Source of the DNA: Candidatus Thalassarchaeaceae archaeon
Lineage (GTDB): Archaea; Thermoplasmatota; Poseidoniia; Poseidoniales; Thalassarchaeaceae
Direction of reading: 5' to 3'
Assembly (NCBI GenBank): GCA_030747675.1
Contig: JASLKH010000024.1
Location: 1 to 20,961 of the forward strand
Length of the DNA stretch: 20,961 bases
The position numbers and the translations under genes are program-made. Each line of letters opens with the position of its first letter. Positions within the stretch are counted from its first letter, which is position 1. A model generated the notes under the pieces. The model searched no databases. It was not told where the DNA came from and saw only the letters and a program-made list of their open reading frames with translations. Below, piece by piece: positions 16,701 through 20,961 of the stretch.

Positions 16701-16759
16701 TGTCTATATCACTCACATCAGCGAATCATTGATGATGGAAGGGCTCCCCCTTACATCAT

Positions 16760-17908
16760 ATGCGCCGCGGCCTCGTGATGCTATGTATTGCCCTGATGAT
16801 GGTTACACCTTTGGCTGGGTGCTTAGATTCTGTAACGAGTAATTCAGGCCCCTCAGTTACCATGTCAATCAGCCCAACAGGCACTGTCAAAGTTGGAGAT
16901 GAAGTGACATTTGACGCAACAGGGTCTTCAGATCCTAATGGGGATCCACTTTCTTTTGATTGGGATTTTGGAGATGGTAATACTGGTAAGGGACAAACTG
17001 TCAAACATATTTACAATCAACCAGGTACCTTTACTACGGAACTTTGTGTAAGTGATTCTGACTACGATGCTTGTGAAGAAAAAGACATCATTGTTGCAGC
17101 AGCAGATGCAGCACTACCATCCGCAGATATTACATCGTACAAGGACGATGACTGTGAAGGAGATGGCCCTGGTGGTGGTACCCACACACTAGTATGGATT
17201 TGCGAAGTTGAATTAGATTCATCTGACGATACGGTAGATGCAACGACAACAGTTTATTTGGATGGAAGTGAATCAGCCGCAGGTGATTCAAGTTCATACC
17301 TCACAAAATATGAATGGGATTTGAATATCCAACTTGATAGTGACAATGATGGGGATCCAGAGAACGATGTCGATATTGAAGGAGAGTCTCCTGAATGGAC
17401 TAATGTTGCTCCCGGTGAATATGAAGTTAAATTGACAGTCACTGATAATCAAGGGTTTACATCATCAGATGAGATGGATGTTTATGTTAACTATCGAGGA
17501 GCATGGGCAGAATTTACTATTGCAGGAAACACTTCGAATAGCCCTGCTGAGATGACTTTTGGTTACCCGGTCGTCTATAATCAGGAAACAGGTCACAAAA
17601 TTCGCTATGTGAAGGTACAGGTAACTTACCCGATTGAAGACGATGATTGGGCTGTTGGTAGTGCTGACAATCGATTGGACCTTTTCGTATACAATGATAC
17701 TGAAGAGCACGTCGTGAACACAACATGGATGGCCGATGACGACCAATCATCGGGTGATTGCGCTTCAGATGACCGTTGTTTGGAACAACGGGTATCAACT
17801 GGTTTTTTCCGAGATTATTTGGACGGAAGTTGGACGGTTGATTTAGTTAATGAAAAATTTCATGACACCACGGTGAAATCGTTTGTCATAATTCTAGAAT
17901 ACAAGTGA
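16760..17908 (+). CDS. PKD-domain surface lipoprotein
   Basis: The signal peptide ends in a lipobox (PLAGC). A canonical PKD domain reads VTFDATGSSDPNG..FDWDFGDG. A second PKD-like domain (YEWD...GEYEVKLTVTDNQG) carries a DSDNDGD putative Ca-binding insertion. Confidence 0.85.
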   Translation: MRRGLVMLCIALMMVTPLAGCLDSVTSNSGPSVTMSISPTGTVKVGDEVTFDATGSSDPNGDPLSFDWDFGDGNTGKGQTVKHIYNQPGTFTTELCVSDSDYDACEEKDIIVAAADAALPSADITSYKDDDCEGDGPGGGTHTLVWICEVELDSSDDTVDATTTVYLDGSESAAGDSSSYLTKYEWDLNIQLDSDNDGDPENDVDIEGESPEWTNVAPGEYEVKLTVTDNQGFTSSDEMDVYVNYRGAWAEFTIAGNTSNSPAEMTFGYPVVYNQETGHKIRYVKVQVTYPIEDDDWAVGSADNRLDLFVYNDTEEHVVNTTWMADDDQSSGDCASDDRCLEQRVSTGFFRDYLDGSWTVDLVNEKFHDTTVKSFVIILEYK

Positions 17909-18024
17909 TCATCTAGAATGGTCTTCAGTAGGCCGATAATACGTATATGTCAAACGTTGTACTGGAGAGATGCATTCAAATATGGGAGGGGGGTCGGCGA
18001 GACGCTCAAAGGAGTCGAATCAAC

Positions 18025-19314
18025 ATGGGATCACAATGGGAAGATAAGAGCAAGCCACACCTAAACATCGTTTTCGTAGGTCACGTTGACCACGGAAAGT
18101 CAACAACAGTAGGTAGTCTGCTTTTGGAAACAGGACATATCGAAGCACACGTAATCGAGAAGAACGAAAAGCTAGCCTCCGAACAAGGTAAGGCTGGATT
18201 CGGTCTTGCATACGTGATGGACGGATTGAAGGAAGAGCGCGAGCGCGGTATTACAATCGACGTTGCGCACAAAGAATTCTTTACCCCTAATTATTACTTC
18301 ACAATTATCGATGCTCCAGGTCACCGTGATTTCGTAAAGAACATGATTACCGGTACCAGTCAAGCTGATGCAGCCGTCCTTTGTGTCGCTGCAAATGACG
18401 GTGTAAACGCTCAGACAAAGGAGCACGCATTCCTTGCGCGCGTACTTGGTGTGAAGCAACTTATTGTTAACGTAAACAAGATGGATATTTCTGGAGTAGA
18501 CTATTCTGAGGCAAAGTACAAGGAAGTAGTTGAAGAAGTCACAACTCTGTTGAAGATGGCAGGATTCAATCCGGCAGATGTCCCAATGATTCCTTGTGCT
18601 TCTTTGAAGGGAGAGAATCTCTACAAGAAGAGCGAGAACATGTCTTGGTACTCTGGTCCAACATTGTTCGACTGTATTGATGGTATACAGATGCCACCAA
18701 AGCCAACAGATCGCCCACTTCGCATGCCTATTCAGGATGTGTACAAAATTAGCGGTATTGGTACAGTACCTGTTGGCAAGATTGAAACAGGTATTCTACA
18801 CGCTGGCAAGACAGTTGTATTCAACCCAAGCCAGAAGAGTGCTGAAGTCAAGAGTATTGAGATGCACCACACTGAAGTCGCTAAGGCTGAACCTGGTGAC
18901 AACGTTGGGTTTAACGTTCGTGGTCTTGCAGCAACAGACATTCGTCGTGGTGACGTTGCAGGATATCAAGACAATGAACCAATGTTCGTACGACACGACG
19001 AGACTTTCGTCGGTCAAATTCAGTTGATGGACATACCTAAGGCAGTTGCAGCAGGATATACACCAGTATTCCACGCACACACAGCTCAGGTTGCAGTCCG
19101 CTTCGTCGAATTACTTGAGAAAACTCGTGGTGGCCAGAAGGAAGCAAACCCTGCATTCCTGACAACTGGAGACGCATGTCTGGTTCGCTTCATGCCAACC
19201 AAGCCTATGGCAATCGAGCAGATGGACAAATTCCCAGAACTTTCCCGCTTTGCAATCCGTGATATGGGTAAGACAGTTGCTGCTGGCGTTTGCATGAAGA
19301 TTGAGAAGAAGTGA
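18025..19314 (+). CDS. tuf: Translation elongation factor EF-1alpha
   Basis: Motifs are GHVDHGKST, ERERGITID, DAPGHRDFVKNMITG, NKMD, PGDNVGFNVRG and RFAIRDMGKTVAAG. ATG 18025 has AGGAG upstream; the ORF-track start at 17947 is unlikely. Confidence 0.97.
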   Translation: MGSQWEDKSKPHLNIVFVGHVDHGKSTTVGSLLLETGHIEAHVIEKNEKLASEQGKAGFGLAYVMDGLKEERERGITIDVAHKEFFTPNYYFTIIDAPGHRDFVKNMITGTSQADAAVLCVAANDGVNAQTKEHAFLARVLGVKQLIVNVNKMDISGVDYSEAKYKEVVEEVTTLLKMAGFNPADVPMIPCASLKGENLYKKSENMSWYSGPTLFDCIDGIQMPPKPTDRPLRMPIQDVYKISGIGTVPVGKIETGILHAGKTVVFNPSQKSAEVKSIEMHHTEVAKAEPGDNVGFNVRGLAATDIRRGDVAGYQDNEPMFVRHDETFVGQIQLMDIPKAVAAGYTPVFHAHTAQVAVRFVELLEKTRGGQKEANPAFLTTGDACLVRFMPTKPMAIEQMDKFPELSRFAIRDMGKTVAAGVCMKIEKK

Positions 19315-19325
19315 GTTAACTCACT
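19310..19325. promoter_or_regulatory. Perfect 16-bp palindrome over the tuf stop codon
   Basis: AGTGAGTTAACTCACT is its own reverse complement and includes the tuf TGA at 19312-19314. Confidence 0.5.
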
Positions 19326-19348
19326 AATATTCAAGTGAAGGGATTGTC

Positions 19349-19678
19349 ATGCCTGTGGTAACCACCATCAAACTAACTGGTGAAAACCATGCTGATGTTG
19401 ATGGTGTTTGCACTGCTATCCGCGATATCAGTTCAAAAAATGGTGTGAAACTACGAGGCCCAATTCCCTTACCAACTCGTCGGTTGGTAGTACCAACACG
19501 AAAAGCACCAGATGGTGAAGGTAGTGAAACTTGGGATCACTGGGAAATGCGAATCCACAAGCGTCTTCTTGAACTTGTGACTAATTCTGCAAAGGACGAA
19601 ACCGCACTTCGCCAAGTGTTAAGAATCCCAATTCCAGATACAGTTACCATTGAATTGAGTTTACGCACAGTTGCGTGA
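19349..19678 (+). CDS. rpsJ: 30S ribosomal protein S10 (uS10)
   Basis: RGPIPLPTRRL...RKAPDGEGSETWDHWEMRIHKRL is the archaeal uS10 pattern, and the gene follows tuf. Confidence 0.95.
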   Translation: MPVVTTIKLTGENHADVDGVCTAIRDISSKNGVKLRGPIPLPTRRLVVPTRKAPDGEGSETWDHWEMRIHKRLLELVTNSAKDETALRQVLRIPIPDTVTIELSLRTVA

Positions 19679-19680
19679 TT

Positions 19681-20577
19681 TTACAATTCAGCAGTTTCTG
19701 CCGCTTCCATTTCAATGAGCATATCAGCGATTATTGCTGGTAAGTTCAGAGTGTCTCCTTCAAAGAGTTCGATATCCTCCCCATCTTCGCCTAAAATGGA
19801 ATCCATGTCTTTCAAAACTCGGATTCTCTTTAAATTCGACGTGCTTTGATTGTCTAAGGTAGAATCAACCGCCGTTTCAGAATCAATTGAGATATTTTCT
19901 GTAACTTCAGGAGATTCTGGGAATTCTTCCACAAGTGCAATTCGATCTTCATCATCGATTTCAGGATCTTCCCACAATTCATCAGGGAGAGGTCTTTCAA
20001 TTGCTGGAGGTGCTTGACCAGTAAGCCCTCCAGGTTCATCAACAAATGCATCTAATTGGGCATTACCGGCTGGAGTCATTGGTGGTGGTGAACCTATGCT
20101 AAGAACACCTTTTTGTAAAACATCCCATGAAATATTATGTTTGTATTGCCTAATCAAATCTGCAACTCCTGCATGAAATGCACGTTCAGCCCCATCATGC
20201 CTTTGCCAATCAATTGCGATGACATTGGTTGATGATTCTGGTGCAGCATCTCCAAAAGCAGTACTTGATAAATTGCTTAGCGCTGCTTGATTAACAAAAG
20301 CAGCGAGTCGATGTCTTGTCAAATCAGATATTGTGTGTCGGAGATTTGCTTGTCTTCGTGATAATGTTTGAGCTCTGACAGACCATCCTTCACTTCGACC
20401 GATTTCAGCTAATTCCATCTCAATGGTTTGCAATAATTGGGAACACATGTGCCAAAAGTCCGCTCTAGGCAAATCTACTGGCACTGAGCGTTTTGCTTGT
20501 TGTCGAAGGAGGGCGTGGAGTTGTGCTTCAATTGAAGCCAATTGTGGTCCCTCTAATTTCTGAATTTCCCCCACCAT
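19681..20577 (-). CDS. GINS-family DNA replication protein (Gins15/51-like, A-domain/linker/B-domain)
   Basis: The C-terminal RIRVLKDMDSILGEDGEDIELFEGDTLNLPAIIADMLIEMEAAE matches the GINS B-domain pattern. The N-terminus is helical and there is a long acidic linker. ATG 20577 has GGTGGTGA upstream. Confidence 0.68.
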   Translation of the reverse strand: MVGEIQKLEGPQLASIEAQLHALLRQQAKRSVPVDLPRADFWHMCSQLLQTIEMELAEIGRSEGWSVRAQTLSRRQANLRHTISDLTRHRLAAFVNQAALSNLSSTAFGDAAPESSTNVIAIDWQRHDGAERAFHAGVADLIRQYKHNISWDVLQKGVLSIGSPPPMTPAGNAQLDAFVDEPGGLTGQAPPAIERPLPDELWEDPEIDDEDRIALVEEFPESPEVTENISIDSETAVDSTLDNQSTSNLKRIRVLKDMDSILGEDGEDIELFEGDTLNLPAIIADMLIEMEAAETAEL

Positions 20578-20617
20578 CGAAATCACCACCTGCTATCTGT
20601 TCTAATCCGGCACGGTT

Positions 20618-20679
20618 CTTGAACCAATGCTTGTGCAGGCGCCCTACGGGCGCCGAATCGTTGGAGCGGCGTGTTCAAA
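20618..20679. promoter_or_regulatory. Divergent promoter region: TTCAAG(-) ... GC hairpin ... TTCAAA(+)
   Basis: CTTGAA is at 20618-20623, GGCGCCC-TAC-GGGCGCC at 20638-20654 and TTCAAA at 20674-20679. These lie between the divergent ATGs at 20577 and 20717. Confidence 0.4.
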
Positions 20680-20716
20680 CAGAAAGAGGTGTGTGGGGAA
20701 TCAAAGGGGCGGTAGT

Positions 20717-20961
20717 ATGCGCAAGGCAATTTTACTTGTGATGCTAATGTTGACAGCCCCTTTTCTGTCATTCACGAATGCTGAAACAAGTCCTTACACC
20801 GGCTCAGCACAATTAATTGTAAGTCCAACTGGTACTACGACTTTGACAAATATATCTGAGGATTCTTTTCAAATTCCAGCCAATACTACAATTCTTGATG
20901 GTTGGGTAAATATTTCCACTGGTGCAAGTGGGGATGGAGGTACGGGTACACAATGGGTTGC
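20717..20961 (+). CDS. Secreted protein, N-terminal fragment (runs off the right edge)
   Basis: The frame is open from ATG 20717 to the window end: MRKAILLVMLMLTAPFLSFTNA (signal peptide) ETSPYTGSAQLIVSPTGTTTLTNISEDSFQIPANTTILDGWVNISTGASGDGGTGTQWV. The ORF track does not list it. Confidence 0.8.
   Translation, partial: MRKAILLVMLMLTAPFLSFTNAETSPYTGSAQLIVSPTGTTTLTNISEDSFQIPANTTILDGWVNISTGASGDGGTGTQWV

Noticed and set aside
427-20577. Clustering of xerA, parA, polB and the GINS-like gene as a sign of a nearby origin or terminus
   Set aside because: There is no cdc6/orc1, ORB repeat, long AT-rich intergenic region or dif site in the window, and skew cannot be assessed here.
1331-20771. Numerous 60-180 aa ORFs in the supplied track that overlap the main genes, such as 4784-5242, 9042-9395, 10336-10884 and 14702-15187
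   Set aside because: They are antisense or out-of-frame shadows of well-supported CDSs and lack motifs or start signals.
1-20961. tRNA, rRNA, CRISPR array or insertion sequence
   Set aside because: All intergenic gaps are short (under about 150 nt), and I saw no cloverleaf, regularly spaced direct repeats, terminal inverted repeats or transposase motifs.

Overview
A gene-dense archaeal chromosomal segment. The archaeal assignment rests on eS8, SRP19, EF-1alpha, uS10, family-B DNA polymerase, a GINS-like protein and XerA. The mix of bacterial-type catabolic enzymes (RimK, PepC, IlvE) and acidic secreted or anchored proteins suggests Marine Group II / Ca. Poseidoniales (Thermoplasmatota); that lineage call is an inference and was not checked by a search. 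I found about 23 coding regions and no rRNA, tRNA, CRISPR array or IS element. The best candidate for a novel system is a co-oriented cluster at 4815-8377: a SAP-domain single-pass membrane protein, a Soj/ParA ATPase, and a small protein that carries the ParB N-terminal ParA-activating peptide but no recognisable ParB CTPase or HTH core. This may be a membrane-tethered chromosome-segregation module. Other points of interest are an HhH protein with a histone-H1-like tail next to xerA, a RimK-TrkA_C fusion in an organism without bS6, a recurring TT(C/G)AA(A/G) motif at promoter distance, and several hairpins that abut or sequester start signals. Many start codons were moved from the supplied ORF track to downstream ATGs.
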